A stretch of 64,000 nucleotides of DNA, taken from contig JBGCFM010000016.1 of the NCBI GenBank assembly GCA_045106895.1, forward strand, positions 32,001 to 96,000, given 5' to 3'. A program made the translations under genes and the position numbers. The first letter of the stretch is position 1. Each line of letters begins with the position of its first letter. The notes under the pieces were generated by a model that was given only the letters and a program-made list of their open reading frames with translations, did no database searches and had not been told where the DNA came from. Below are positions 1 to 9,204 of the stretch, piece by piece. This stretch comes from Polyangiales bacterium (lineage in GTDB: Bacteria > Myxococcota_A > Polyangia > Polyangiales > Houyiibacteriaceae).

Positions 1-2
1 AC

Positions 3-1229
3 GACTGCCTCGAGAGCGAAACAGACTGCGACCTTCTCGTGATTCCGCACAACGGAAACATCGGCAGCGGCGAGATGTTCGTGCCTGTGACGGAGGACGG
101 TTCACCCTACGACCGCGAGTTCTCTGAGCGACGCGCGGCCCTCGAGCCGCTCCTTGAAATCTATCAGCACAAGGGTGCCAGCGAGTGTGCCGTGATCACA
201 GGCGACCCCCTCTCCAGCGAAGATGAGTTCTGCGGCTTCGAGCAGTTCTTCGAGAACTTCTGCAGCTCGCCCGACGAAGAGAACTGCACGCCGCTCTGCG
301 ACATCGTCGATGCTCCCGGGTTTCTTGGAAACGGCTGCGTCCAGCCGCGGGACTTCGCACGCGGCGCACTCCGTACGGGGCTGAGCGAACTCGTTCGAAC
401 CGGCGCGGATCCGTTCCGGATGGGTTTCATTGGGAGCACCGACACGCACAACGCGACGCCCGGCGCCGTGAACGAGAGTGACTGGCCAGGTCACACCGGC
501 GTGGCCGACGACGAAGCCGAAGACGCCCTCGGCGCGCCAGGCGAGGGCATCAACGTTCGCATTCGAACCTCCTCGCCGGGCGGCTTGGCTGTCATCTGGG
601 CCGACGAAAACTCCAGGCCCGCGCTCTTCGATGCGATGAGGCGCCGCGAAACATACGGGACCAGCGGAACCCGCATCGTGGCCCGTTTCTTTGGTGGCTG
701 GGGCTACGACGAAGACCTCTGCGACTCGCCAGACTTCGTCTCGACGGGCTACGCCGAAGGTGTCCCTATGGGTGCAATCCTTCCGGCGCGCACCGGAGAT
801 GCCGCACCGACCTTCGCGGTTCGCGCACTCGCCGACGCCATGGGCGCTCCGCTCCAGCGAATCCAGATCATCAAAGGTCGCGTCGACCCCGCGACGGGCG
901 AAACGAGCGAGACCGTCTTCGACGTCGCCGGCGGCGACAACGGGGCGAGCGTCAACCTCGTCACCTGCGAGCCGAGCGGTGCCGGCGCGACGGACCTCTG
1001 CGATGTCTGGACGGACCCGGAGTTCAACCCTGACGAGCCTGCGTTCTACTATGCACGCGTTCTTGAGAACCCTACGTGCCGCTGGAGTCACTACATGTGC
1101 AACCGAGCGGGAGTCGACTGCGACAGCGTCGACCCCGAGTCGAACCTCGCGTCGTGCTGTGACCCGGAGTTCACCGAGCGCACCATCCAGGAGCGCGCCT
1201 GGACGAGCCCCATCTGGTACACGCCCTAA
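3..1229 (+). CDS. DUF3604 family (PHP-like metallohydrolase) protein, 5' end truncated by the window edge
   Basis: Frame open from position 3; motifs IPHNGN, EIYQHKGASEC, GFIGSTDTHN, GGLAVIWADENSR..LFDAMRRRETYGTSG, FYYARVLENPTCRWS and ERAWTSPIWY are typical of DUF3604. Confidence 0.8.
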   Translation, partial: DCLESETDCDLLVIPHNGNIGSGEMFVPVTEDGSPYDREFSERRAALEPLLEIYQHKGASECAVITGDPLSSEDEFCGFEQFFENFCSSPDEENCTPLCDIVDAPGFLGNGCVQPRDFARGALRTGLSELVRTGADPFRMGFIGSTDTHNATPGAVNESDWPGHTGVADDEAEDALGAPGEGINVRIRTSSPGGLAVIWADENSRPALFDAMRRRETYGTSGTRIVARFFGGWGYDEDLCDSPDFVSTGYAEGVPMGAILPARTGDAAPTFAVRALADAMGAPLQRIQIIKGRVDPATGETSETVFDVAGGDNGASVNLVTCEPSGAGATDLCDVWTDPEFNPDEPAFYYARVLENPTCRWSHYMCNRAGVDCDSVDPESNLASCCDPEFTERTIQERAWTSPIWYTP

Positions 1230-1284
1230 ATGCGGGAGAAATGCGGGGGCATACGCTTCCTCGCTTGTCTGTTAGGGTCCCTCG

Positions 1285-1932
1285 ATGATCGAAGGGCTCT
1301 TTATCGCACTCGAAGGCGTCGACGGCGCCGGCACCACGACGCACACCAAGATCCTCATGGAGCGTTTGGGTGCACGTGGGTTGCCCACGCACTCCACCCG
1401 TGAGCCCAGCGATGGACCCATCGGCACGATGATTCGCCAGATTCTTAGCGGACGTTTGGTGGTTCGGGGAGTGTCTGGCCCCAGGCCGCCCAGTTGGACG
1501 ACGATGGCGCTGCTCTTCGCCGCCGACCGAACGGACCACGTGGAAGCGGAGATCGTCCCGAACCTCATGGACGGTGTCACCGTGATCTCGGATCGCTACG
1601 TGCACTCGTCGGTGGCATACCAGTCGCTCTCCAGCGGCGGCGGCGAAGACTCGATTCGCTGGGTCCGGGAGATCAATGCGGAGGCGCGCCGCCCCGACCT
1701 GACCATCGTCCTCGACGTCACGGCGGAGACGGCAAACAGCCGCCGCGACGACCGGGGAGGGCGAGCGGAGCTCTACGAATACGAAGAGCTGCAGATCTCG
1801 CTCGCGGACTTCTACACCAACATCGAGAAACATTTTCCTGGTGAGAGCATCGTCCACGTGGACGGCAACGGCTCCATCGAGGAGGTCGCCGAGGCTGTTT
1901 ATGCCGCGGTTTGTAAGGCCCGCGGCGAGTAA
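1285..1932 (+). CDS. tmk: thymidylate kinase
   Basis: FIALEGVDGAGTTT P-loop, TREP, LLFAADR, VISDRYVHSSVAYQ, PDLTIVLDV. Confidence 0.93.
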   Translation: MIEGLFIALEGVDGAGTTTHTKILMERLGARGLPTHSTREPSDGPIGTMIRQILSGRLVVRGVSGPRPPSWTTMALLFAADRTDHVEAEIVPNLMDGVTVISDRYVHSSVAYQSLSSGGGEDSIRWVREINAEARRPDLTIVLDVTAETANSRRDDRGGRAELYEYEELQISLADFYTNIEKHFPGESIVHVDGNGSIEEVAEAVYAAVCKARGE

Positions 1933-2015
1933 GAACGCCTCGGCGCCGAACAAGCGCACAATTTGTGCGCGCACCCATCTTCAGGCGGCTCTGCCACCCG
2001 CCGTTCAGAGCCTTC

Positions 2016-2903
2016 ATGGTGCATTCTCGAGACATCAACTACGGCCGCGGAGAACACGTCATCGATGTCGAGCTCGTGAACGTTGATGTCGTGTCCGCCG
2101 CTTTGGACGCGACCTTCGGGTCGCCGACCTACCACGCTCCGGTCCTGCCTGCCGTTGCGCTTCAGGTCTATGAGCTGTCGCGACAGAGCACAGTAGATAT
2201 CGATGCGATTTGTGCGGCGCTCGAAACGGACGCACTTCTCTCGGCGGACGTGCTCCGGATCACCGAGAGTGGGACTTTTGCTCGAGCGACGCCGTGCCGC
2301 AGCATTCGCGAAGCTGCGATGCGGCTGGGGGTAGTGACACTTCGTGATCATGTGTTTCGTGTCGCGCTTGAAGGTCGCGTATTTCGCTCGAAGCACTTCA
2401 ACGAATCGATGAACTCTCTCCGAGCCCACAGTGTCGCAGTCGGCATCGTGGCCCGGCGGATCGTGGAGGAGACCGCCCACTCTCCAGACTTCGCTTTCCT
2501 GTCCGGAGTGCTGCACGACATCGGGCTCGCCGCCGGACTTTTGGTCTTCGAAGAGTGGCATCGAGACGGACGCTACCCGGGGGACGAGTACGCGATGCCC
2601 GCACTGATGCAGATTCACGCTCAGGCCGGGGAAAGGGTTGCGACACTTTGGAACTTGCCGCAGGAGCTCCGCTGGATCATTGGCGCTCACCACTCGGGCA
2701 AGGTCAGCGGCTACTCACACCCCATCGCCTCGGCCTGCCTGCTCGCCGAGAGTATAGTGAACGAACTTGGTTTCGCTGTTCGCCTTGGCGCGGGGGTAGA
2801 TACCTCGCACCCCCGTTCTGTCACGTCAGCCACTGCGTGCCTCGCTTTGGATGCAAAGACGATGGATCGAATTCGTGATGACGCTGCGGAGTTGCTTGCA
2901 TGA
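2016..2903 (+). CDS. HDOD domain protein
   Basis: PVLPAVALQV, D..LSADVLR, SIREAAMRLG, AFLSGVLHDIG, H...G..VA..WNLP, HH; start uncertain (1965 or 2016). Confidence 0.85.
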   Translation: MVHSRDINYGRGEHVIDVELVNVDVVSAALDATFGSPTYHAPVLPAVALQVYELSRQSTVDIDAICAALETDALLSADVLRITESGTFARATPCRSIREAAMRLGVVTLRDHVFRVALEGRVFRSKHFNESMNSLRAHSVAVGIVARRIVEETAHSPDFAFLSGVLHDIGLAAGLLVFEEWHRDGRYPGDEYAMPALMQIHAQAGERVATLWNLPQELRWIIGAHHSGKVSGYSHPIASACLLAESIVNELGFAVRLGAGVDTSHPRSVTSATACLALDAKTMDRIRDDAAELLA

Positions 2904-3463
2904 AGATGAAGCTCCTCATTCTCATCGTCGGCCTGGGGGGCGGCGCTGCGCTCATGCATTTCTTCGAAAAGCCGGCTCGCCAGGCCGTTGGCCTACTGGG
3001 GCGTGAAGTCGAAGCAAGCGTCCTGGAAGAGCGCCGCGATGAAGACGGCCGACTTGTCCTCATGCTCGAAAGCGAAGGCGAGTCGATGTTGGCGACGTTC
3101 CGCGAGCGCGCAGATGACGTTGCATCCCTTGTTCATGTGGGCGACGTCGTTACATTTCGTGCACCCATCGATGGTGTGTTCTCCGATGATGTTCCGCTCC
3201 TCAGCGTCCGGCGCTCGGAGGCTAGCGAAGACGAAGGGTCCGCTGAAGAATCGACCGAACCGGTTGAAGAGTCTGAGGCCGAGCAAGCCGAGGCGGCGGA
3301 GGCAGAAGAGCTCCAAGACGCGGAACCAACGGAAAATCCTGCAGCGGAGGTAGAGGAGGGAGAAGAAGGAGAAGAAGGAGAAGAAGACGCCCCGCAGCCC
3401 GTCGCAGACGCGGCGAACCCCGAATCTGAAGGTGCTGAGCCCCCACAAAGCGCGGAAAGTTGA
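2900..3463 (+). CDS. hypothetical membrane-anchored protein with acidic low-complexity tail
   Basis: N-terminal hydrophobic segment, ATGA overlap with the HDOD stop, Glu-rich C-terminus. Confidence 0.65.
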   Translation: MKMKLLILIVGLGGGAALMHFFEKPARQAVGLLGREVEASVLEERRDEDGRLVLMLESEGESMLATFRERADDVASLVHVGDVVTFRAPIDGVFSDDVPLLSVRRSEASEDEGSAEESTEPVEESEAEQAEAAEAEELQDAEPTENPAAEVEEGEEGEEGEEDAPQPVADAANPESEGAEPPQSAES

Positions 3464-3493
3464 CCCCTTCGCAGAGTTCTACGAGAACGGGGC

Positions 3494-3931
3494 ATGCGAA
3501 TTCTAGCCGTGCTCTCTTTCACCCTCGTCGCTTGCGCAAGCAGCGCGCCCGCTCCTGAGCACGCCGAGGCTGCTCCTGTAGCTGCTCACTATGAAGCGCC
3601 GTCGGTCCAAGGCGAGATTCCCCGGGGTGCCCTCGCGGGTGTATTGGAGCTGGGTCTGCCGCGTTTTCTCCGCGGCGTCCTCACGGAACCACACTTGGAA
3701 AACGGCAGCTTCGTGGGCTACCGCATCATGCAGATGTACCCCGACGACCCGCGCTTTCAGACCCTGGAGCTTCAGCCCGGCGATACCGTCACGCGCGTCA
3801 ATGGTCGCTCCATCGAACGACCCGAGCAGGCCTACGAAGTCTGGATGAGCCTACGTGTCTCCAGCGAGCTGCTCGTGGACTTCTTGCACGAAGGCGAAGA
3901 GCGACAGATTCGTTTCGCCATCGTGGACTAG
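3494..3931 (+). CDS. lipoprotein with GspC-type PDZ domain
   Basis: Lipobox LVAC; GSFVGYRI...LELQPGDTVTRVNG PDZ signature. Confidence 0.75.
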   Translation: MRILAVLSFTLVACASSAPAPEHAEAAPVAAHYEAPSVQGEIPRGALAGVLELGLPRFLRGVLTEPHLENGSFVGYRIMQMYPDDPRFQTLELQPGDTVTRVNGRSIERPEQAYEVWMSLRVSSELLVDFLHEGEERQIRFAIVD

Positions 3932-3939
3932 CCGTCCAG

Positions 3940-4055
3940 TCGATCCGGGCGTCGGCGTGCGCGTGGAAGGCACAGGGGGTGTAGCCTCCAACGCCAGTGG
4001 CTTGAAGAGCCGTCTCAGACGGCTCATCAAGACGAGTCAACAAGTTGTCTCGTGC
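3940..4055. repeat. direct repeat copy 1 (116 bp), part of a palindromic non-coding element
   Basis: Identical to 4221-4332 except for 4 extra nt (ggtg); contains hairpins 4002-4030 and 4032-4053. Confidence 0.95.
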
Positions 4056-4091
4056 GGCGGAGTCGGCTCCACCCCTGTGCCTTCCCCGCGC
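3959..4091. other. multi-branched palindromic element (candidate REP/MITE-like element or structured ncRNA)
   Basis: Perfect 14 bp inverted repeat ggaaggcacagggg (3965-3978) / cccctgtgccttcc (4072-4085), extendable on both sides, enclosing two inner hairpins; lies between convergent genes. Confidence 0.7.
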
Positions 4092-4220
4092 CCTTCATAT
4101 CCAGCGAAGCCATGACTACACATAGGGTTGGCGGTCTCCGATAGACCTTAGGGTCTACGTCGATCGCCGGCTGAAACGCGGGACGCGGAGCTTACGTTCT
4201 CGGGGTGCGGAACGAAGTGT

Positions 4221-4351
4221 TCGATCCGGGCGTCGGCGTGCGCGTGGAAGGCACAGGGTAGCCTCCAACGCCAGTGGCTTGAAGAGCCGTCTCAGACGGC
4301 TCATCAAGACGAGTCAACAAGTTGTCTCGTGCTTGGCGGTTTCCGATAGAC
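4221..4351. repeat. direct repeat copy 2, internally deleted
   Basis: 4221-4332 matches 3940-4055; 4333-4351 matches 4128-4146 with one mismatch, so the equivalent of 4056-4127 is missing. Confidence 0.93.
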
Positions 4352-4363
4352 GGGATGCGGCGC

Positions 4364-5431
4364 TTAGCTGGTCAGCGCGACGGCGAGAGCGATGGCGCCG
4401 CCCACTGCGAGGGCGATGCCGATGCCGAGGACGACATAGGGGGCCTTCGAAGCCGCAGGCGCGGCCATTGGAACGTCCGCGCGTGGCGCCACGGGTGCAG
4501 CGAGGGCGACAGGCGCCTCCGCGACAGGCGCTGGTGTGGGTGCGGGCACGAGGGAGTCTTCGCCCGGCGGCATCGAGAGGCATGAGTCCAGCGCTGTCGC
4601 GAACTCCGCTGCCGTGTTGTAACGGTTGTCCGGGTCCTTTTGCAGGGCCTTCATCACGGCATGGTTGAGCGCTGCGGGGATGTCCGGCATGCGTTCGTTG
4701 AGCGGAATCGGCGGCGCGTTGACGTGCAACTGAATGAACTCGATGGGCTGCTTCGCGTCGAAGGGTAGCTTCCCGCTGACGAGCTCATACATGATGATGC
4801 CCAAGGAGTAGATGTCCGAGCGCGGGTCTAGCGGCTTTCCGCGGGCCTGTTCCGGGCTCATGAACTCCGGCGTGCCGAAGACCATGCCTTCGCGTGTCAG
4901 GATCATGGACCCTGGCTTCATTTGTTTCTCGGTGACCTTTGCGAGGCCGAAGTCTAGGACCTTCGGGTAGTCTTCGATTCCGCCCTGAGCCGTCAGGAAG
5001 ATATTCTCCGGCTTGAGGTCACGATGAATGATCCCGGCACGGTGTGCTTCGTCGAGGGCTGCACATACCTGCGACATCACGCCGACGGCGCGGTGATACT
5101 CCATGGGGCCGTCTGCGCGCACGAGCTGCGCGAGGTTGCGACCCTCAAGGTGTTCCATGACAAAGTAGCAGGACCCGTCATCGAGCTGTCCGTAGAGGAA
5201 CACGCGGGCCGTGTTCGGGTGGGACAGGTGGCTCATCGCGCGTGCTTCACGTCTAAAACGTGAGACCAAGTCCGGCCGCGCAAGGTAGCGCTTGTGGAGG
5301 ATCTTGATCGCGACGTGCCGATTCATGTCGGGCTGCTCGGCCTTGTATACCGAGCCCATACCGCCCGAGCCAATACGCTTCACGATTCGGAACTGACCAG
5401 CGACCTCTCGGCCGACGTAACTCTCCGCCAC
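4364..5431 (-). CDS. Hanks-type Ser/Thr protein kinase with C-terminal TM segment
   Basis: IGSGGMGSVY, VAIK, HRDLKPEN, DFGLAK, GTPEFMSPEQ, SDIYSLG; hydrophobic C-terminus. Confidence 0.95.
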   Translation of the reverse strand: MAESYVGREVAGQFRIVKRIGSGGMGSVYKAEQPDMNRHVAIKILHKRYLARPDLVSRFRREARAMSHLSHPNTARVFLYGQLDDGSCYFVMEHLEGRNLAQLVRADGPMEYHRAVGVMSQVCAALDEAHRAGIIHRDLKPENIFLTAQGGIEDYPKVLDFGLAKVTEKQMKPGSMILTREGMVFGTPEFMSPEQARGKPLDPRSDIYSLGIIMYELVSGKLPFDAKQPIEFIQLHVNAPPIPLNERMPDIPAALNHAVMKALQKDPDNRYNTAAEFATALDSCLSMPPGEDSLVPAPTPAPVAEAPVALAAPVAPRADVPMAAPAASKAPYVVLGIGIALAVGGAIALAVALTS

Positions 5432-5525
5432 GGACGCACTCTACACGAGCACAAGCACGGAAGAAACGAGGGATTCTCCGAAAAAAAGGAAGAAACCAGC
5501 TTCTTGGGGCTCCGAGGACCTTGCC

Positions 5526-6104
5526 ATGAAGCGAATCCCCCCCTCCGCCGCCCGAAAAGCAGGCCGACGCATCGTCTCAAAAGGCCGCGGACGCGCTCAA
5601 AGCGCCTCGTTTGTCTCAGTCCTGGCCCGAGGTGAACGCACAGTGACGGGGGCTCCGAAGGGAAGGAAAAGCCAGCCCCGAGCACTTGTGCGACATGAAG
5701 AACGCCAAGAGACCCCAGGCGAAGGCGATCGCATCCTAGGTGAAGCGGAGTTTGCACCCGAGCGAGCGAGGCTGGACGAGTTTCTCTTCAATCCGGTTCT
5801 TCACCCAACAAACCTGGCAGGTCGCACGCCGGCCTCAGCCGCGCCGCAGGCCAGCGCCCTCGAACGGGCGCAAGCGGCGGCCCTAGCCGAGCGTGTGCTC
5901 CACTCGGTCCAAGTCGGTCGTATTCAAGGCGGCCACCTTGTTCGTCTGCGGCTCTCCTCCGATGTGGAGATCCAGCTTCGCCACTGCGACGGTGTGCTGC
6001 AGGCGACGGTTGTTGGGGAGGGCGATCAAGGCGCGCTTGCGAGACGCCTCGACTCGGAGCTACGCGCGCGCGGGCTCCGCTTCGACCGCGTCGAGCTTGG
6101 TTGA
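5526..6104 (+). CDS. FliK/SctP-like (hook/needle length control C-terminal domain) protein
   Basis: C-terminal pattern VRLRL..DVEIQL...GVLQATV......LARRLDSELRARGLRFDRVEL resembles the FliK_C/T3S4 domain; low-complexity N-terminus; upstream of an sctQ-like gene on the same strand. Confidence 0.55.
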   Translation: MKRIPPSAARKAGRRIVSKGRGRAQSASFVSVLARGERTVTGAPKGRKSQPRALVRHEERQETPGEGDRILGEAEFAPERARLDEFLFNPVLHPTNLAGRTPASAAPQASALERAQAAALAERVLHSVQVGRIQGGHLVRLRLSSDVEIQLRHCDGVLQATVVGEGDQGALARRLDSELRARGLRFDRVELG

Positions 6105-7001
6105 GGCATGCTGGGCTGAGAGACGCAGGGCGAGCCAAGTGACGGAGATCCAAAGAGTGTCCGCGAGGGCCAAGTGAACGAGCTGCAGCCACACCGGCGC
6201 GAGCAGCAAGATATTCAGGAAGCCCAAACCAACCTGCGTGCAGGCCACGCCCATCAGCCAGAGCGCAGGCGCGCCAACGTCTTGGTTGTACGCGCGCACC
6301 CCGAGGGTGACGCAAAGACCCGCGCCGACGAGAGCGGCGATAGGGTGGAGCGCACGAAGTCGAAGGAAGATGTGCGAGCTGGAGTCGAAGTCTGCGGCGA
6401 GGGCTTCACCGACACTCGTCGCCGGAAAGAGCGTGTCGCCGAGGGCGGCGATGGCTCCCGTTGCCCCCACGATGAGTAGAACGACGTAGACCGCGCGAAC
6501 GAAGGTTCGTTCGCCTCGGGGTAGCGTGATGGCCTTTCCGCCGTTTGCGTAGTGCGCGTGCATCGTGAGCGCGTAGAGCAGAGCGAAGGTGTTGAGCAGA
6601 TGGGCGGCGGCCCAGTAGGCGCGCGTGGACTCCGGGTTGTCGGCGACCATCTTGGTGAGCACGAGGCCGGCGCCAACGAGTGCCTCCGTCGTCATGAAGA
6701 AAAGCGTCCATGAGGCCCCGCGGCGGGCGAGATGGCCTTTCTCGTAGACACGGCGCGAAAACAGCACGAATAGCAGCGCAAAGATCCAAGCGAGGCCGGA
6801 TGTAATCCGGTGCGTGAGCTCGATCAGAGTCTCGAGGCTTGGGTCGAGTGGGACGACTTCACCGTTGCATAGGGGCCAGTGGTCGCCACAGCCTGCGCCG
6901 GAGAGCGTGGCGCGAACGAGTGCGCCCCACAGAATTACGAAGAGCGTGTAAGCGATCATCGCCAGCGACGCCTGCTTGTATCTCGCCTGTTTGCCGGTCA
7001 C
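6060..7001 (-). CDS. ctaA: heme A synthase, COX15/CtaA family
   Basis: GALVRATLSGAGCGDHWPLCNG, IELTHR, EALVGA, conserved His (AHL, LHP, VHL), multiple TM helices; GTG at 7001 chosen over the ORF start at 7133. Confidence 0.88.
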   Translation of the reverse strand: MTGKQARYKQASLAMIAYTLFVILWGALVRATLSGAGCGDHWPLCNGEVVPLDPSLETLIELTHRITSGLAWIFALLFVLFSRRVYEKGHLARRGASWTLFFMTTEALVGAGLVLTKMVADNPESTRAYWAAAHLLNTFALLYALTMHAHYANGGKAITLPRGERTFVRAVYVVLLIVGATGAIAALGDTLFPATSVGEALAADFDSSSHIFLRLRALHPIAALVGAGLCVTLGVRAYNQDVGAPALWLMGVACTQVGLGFLNILLLAPVWLQLVHLALADTLWISVTWLALRLSAQHASTKLDAVEAEPARA

Positions 7002-7109
7002 TTCACGAAGCTGGGGCGAGCGGCTGAGCCCGGCAAGGCGACCGCCTGCGTGTGAGCCCAAATATCGACGGAAGATTTTGCGGCGGCGCGAAGGTATAGT
7101 CCCGCCGAG

Positions 7110-8225
7110 ATGTTGCGATATCCCTATGGCCACCTCGACGGCGTGGACGCGTCCTCGTTGCCTTGGATTCGACGCCTCGCGCGCTCGGGCTTGGCGCTCG
7201 GAGCGCTTCCCCAGGTTCTCGGCGAGCTTGCGGGTTGCACCGTCGCGTTGGCGGAGCCGTCGTTTCGCAGCTACGCGCAGGCGGAGCTTTCGAGTGCGCT
7301 CACGGGAACCCGTGTTTGCGTGGCGTTGATCGGCGACGCCCTCGACGCCCGAGTCGCCGTAGAGCTTTCGCCACCTATCGCCGCGTCGCTCGTCGATCGC
7401 GCGCTCGGCGGGGATGGCTCGGCGTCAGTGGGGGCCCTCACCGACGGCCAACGAGGCGTCGTCGCGTTCTTGGCGTCAGAAGCGCTCTCACGCTTGGCGG
7501 TTCCACTTCGCATCGCGACGGTGTTGACCACCACGGAGAGCATCCTGGCGTTCCTCGGCACAGCAGGCGCCGGAGCGTGGATGGTTCGTACGGAGGTGGG
7601 CGAACGCGCGGGAACGCTCCGCGCCTGGATCCCCGCCGGTTCAAAGCTGCCGCTGACGCCGGCGAAGCCGCAGAACCTCCAGGTCACGTTTGTTCATGAC
7701 CTCGCGGAGGCGGCCGTGCTGGGCGAGACCTTGCGTGGCCTTCATTTGGACGATGTGTTTCTCTTCGACAAAGCGGAAGGCTGGGGCGAGCTTGCCCGCG
7801 TACGCGCGCTTTGCGGGAGGCGGACCACTTGGTGGGTTCGTGGCGGCGTTATCGAGAGCATCGAAGAAGGCACAAGCGCACCGAGCGCGCGAGGAGAAGT
7901 CATGGACAAGCCTGTGGACACCGAAGCGACGCGAGGAGCGCAGCCCTCCGCCGTCACCGCCAACGCGAACTACGAAGCCGACACCCGCCGAGTCGCCGAA
8001 GGGCTGGCCGCCGTCGGCGACGCGCCGGTGCAGGTTTCTTTGGAGATCGCCCGCTTCACCCTCGCCCTCGACGAGGTGGCCCACCTGGCCCCTGGGGAGG
8101 TCGTCGGCGCAGGTGTTCAGGTAGGAGATGAGGTTCGGCTTCGCGCCGGCGATCGTGTCCTGGCGGTCGGGGACCTCGTCGACATCGACGGCCAGATCGG
8201 CGTTCGTATCCGCCGGCTCCCCTGA
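7110..8225 (+). CDS. sctQ: type III secretion C-ring protein SctQ / FliM-FliN family (SpoA domain)
   Basis: C-terminal SpoA signature PVQVSLEIAR..L.L.E...L.PGEVV.....VRL..G..LA.GDLVDIDGQIGVRI; FliM-like middle LVDRALGG. Confidence 0.8.
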   Translation: MLRYPYGHLDGVDASSLPWIRRLARSGLALGALPQVLGELAGCTVALAEPSFRSYAQAELSSALTGTRVCVALIGDALDARVAVELSPPIAASLVDRALGGDGSASVGALTDGQRGVVAFLASEALSRLAVPLRIATVLTTTESILAFLGTAGAGAWMVRTEVGERAGTLRAWIPAGSKLPLTPAKPQNLQVTFVHDLAEAAVLGETLRGLHLDDVFLFDKAEGWGELARVRALCGRRTTWWVRGGVIESIEEGTSAPSARGEVMDKPVDTEATRGAQPSAVTANANYEADTRRVAEGLAAVGDAPVQVSLEIARFTLALDEVAHLAPGEVVGAGVQVGDEVRLRAGDRVLAVGDLVDIDGQIGVRIRRLP

Positions 8226-8325
8226 GGAAAGGGCGTATTTTCTTCCACAATGCCCTTGGCCGGAGGAGCGCTGACCCCATCTCCTTGACGGGAGACCTGA
8301 TCGCGTGACACGCCTTCGGCGCCGT

Positions 8326-9204
8326 ATGGAAGAGACGCTGACACCTACTTATCGCTTGTCGCTCGCCGACTTCGTATCCCTTGCGAAGCCTCGAATCACC
8401 TTGATGGTGGTGCTCACGGCGGCGGGCGGAATGTTCCTCGCGCCGAATTCTCTTCCGCTCTCGACCATCATCGTCATGTTGACCACGACGGCGACGGTGG
8501 TGATGGGCGCCAACTCGCTGAACTGCTGGCTTGAGCGCGACACGGACCGGCTCATGCGCCGGACGAAGACTCGCCCGCTGCCCACAGGACGAATGAACCC
8601 CAAGGTCGCCAAGGCCTTCGGCCTTATCCTCGGCGCCATCTCCGTCCCGAGCCTGACGGTCTTCGTGAACCCGCTCACCGGCGCCCTCGGGGCCTTGGCG
8701 CTCATCAGCTACGTAGCGATGTACACGCCGATGAAACGCCGCGCGCCTTCCGCGTTGCTCATCGGCTCGGTCCCCGGCGCGCTGCCGCCGCTCATGGGCT
8801 GGACCGCTGCCACTGGACGCTTGGACGCTCCAGGCCTCGCGCTCTTCGCCATCCTCTTCTTTTGGCAGGTGCCGCACTTCATCGCCATCGCGACGTACCG
8901 CAAGGACGAGTATGAAGCCGCAGGTATGAAGACCATCGTCACCGTCCGTGGCATTGAGAGCGCAAAACTTCAGGCCTTCTCGTACGCTGGCCTTTTGGTG
9001 GGCTCCTCGCTCCTCCTCTACGCCTTCCGCGTCACCGGCATGGTCTATCTCGTGACGGCTTCGATTCTCGGTCTCGCCTTTGTCGGCATCACAGCGTCGG
9101 GTTTCTTCCGAACGGACACATCCAAGTGGGCGCGTCAGGTGTTCGCGGCGTCTCTGGTCTACCTCACGGCTTTGATGGCCGTGATGATGCTCGACGCGCA
9201 GTGA
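8326..9204 (+). CDS. ctaB: protoheme IX farnesyltransferase (heme O synthase)
   Basis: LAKPRI, NCWLERDTDRLMRRTKTRPLPTG, YTPMKR, GALPPLMGW, FFWQVPHF. Confidence 0.95.
   Translation: MEETLTPTYRLSLADFVSLAKPRITLMVVLTAAGGMFLAPNSLPLSTIIVMLTTTATVVMGANSLNCWLERDTDRLMRRTKTRPLPTGRMNPKVAKAFGLILGAISVPSLTVFVNPLTGALGALALISYVAMYTPMKRRAPSALLIGSVPGALPPLMGWTAATGRLDAPGLALFAILFFWQVPHFIAIATYRKDEYEAAGMKTIVTVRGIESAKLQAFSYAGLLVGSSLLLYAFRVTGMVYLVTASILGLAFVGITASGFFRTDTSKWARQVFAASLVYLTALMAVMMLDAQ

Noticed and set aside
3940..4351. CRISPR array, tRNA, tmRNA, RNase P, SRP or group II intron as the identity of the repeat region
   Set aside because: Only two long copies with no repeat-spacer periodicity and no cas genes; no cloverleaf, tRNA-like ends, RNase P or SRP conserved motifs; the gagccg hairpin is too short for intron domain V.
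3855..4668. Short ORFs 3855-4115 and 4279-4668 sharing KSRLRRLIKTSQQVVSC
   Set aside because: The identity comes from the DNA repeat; both overlap real genes and look non-coding.
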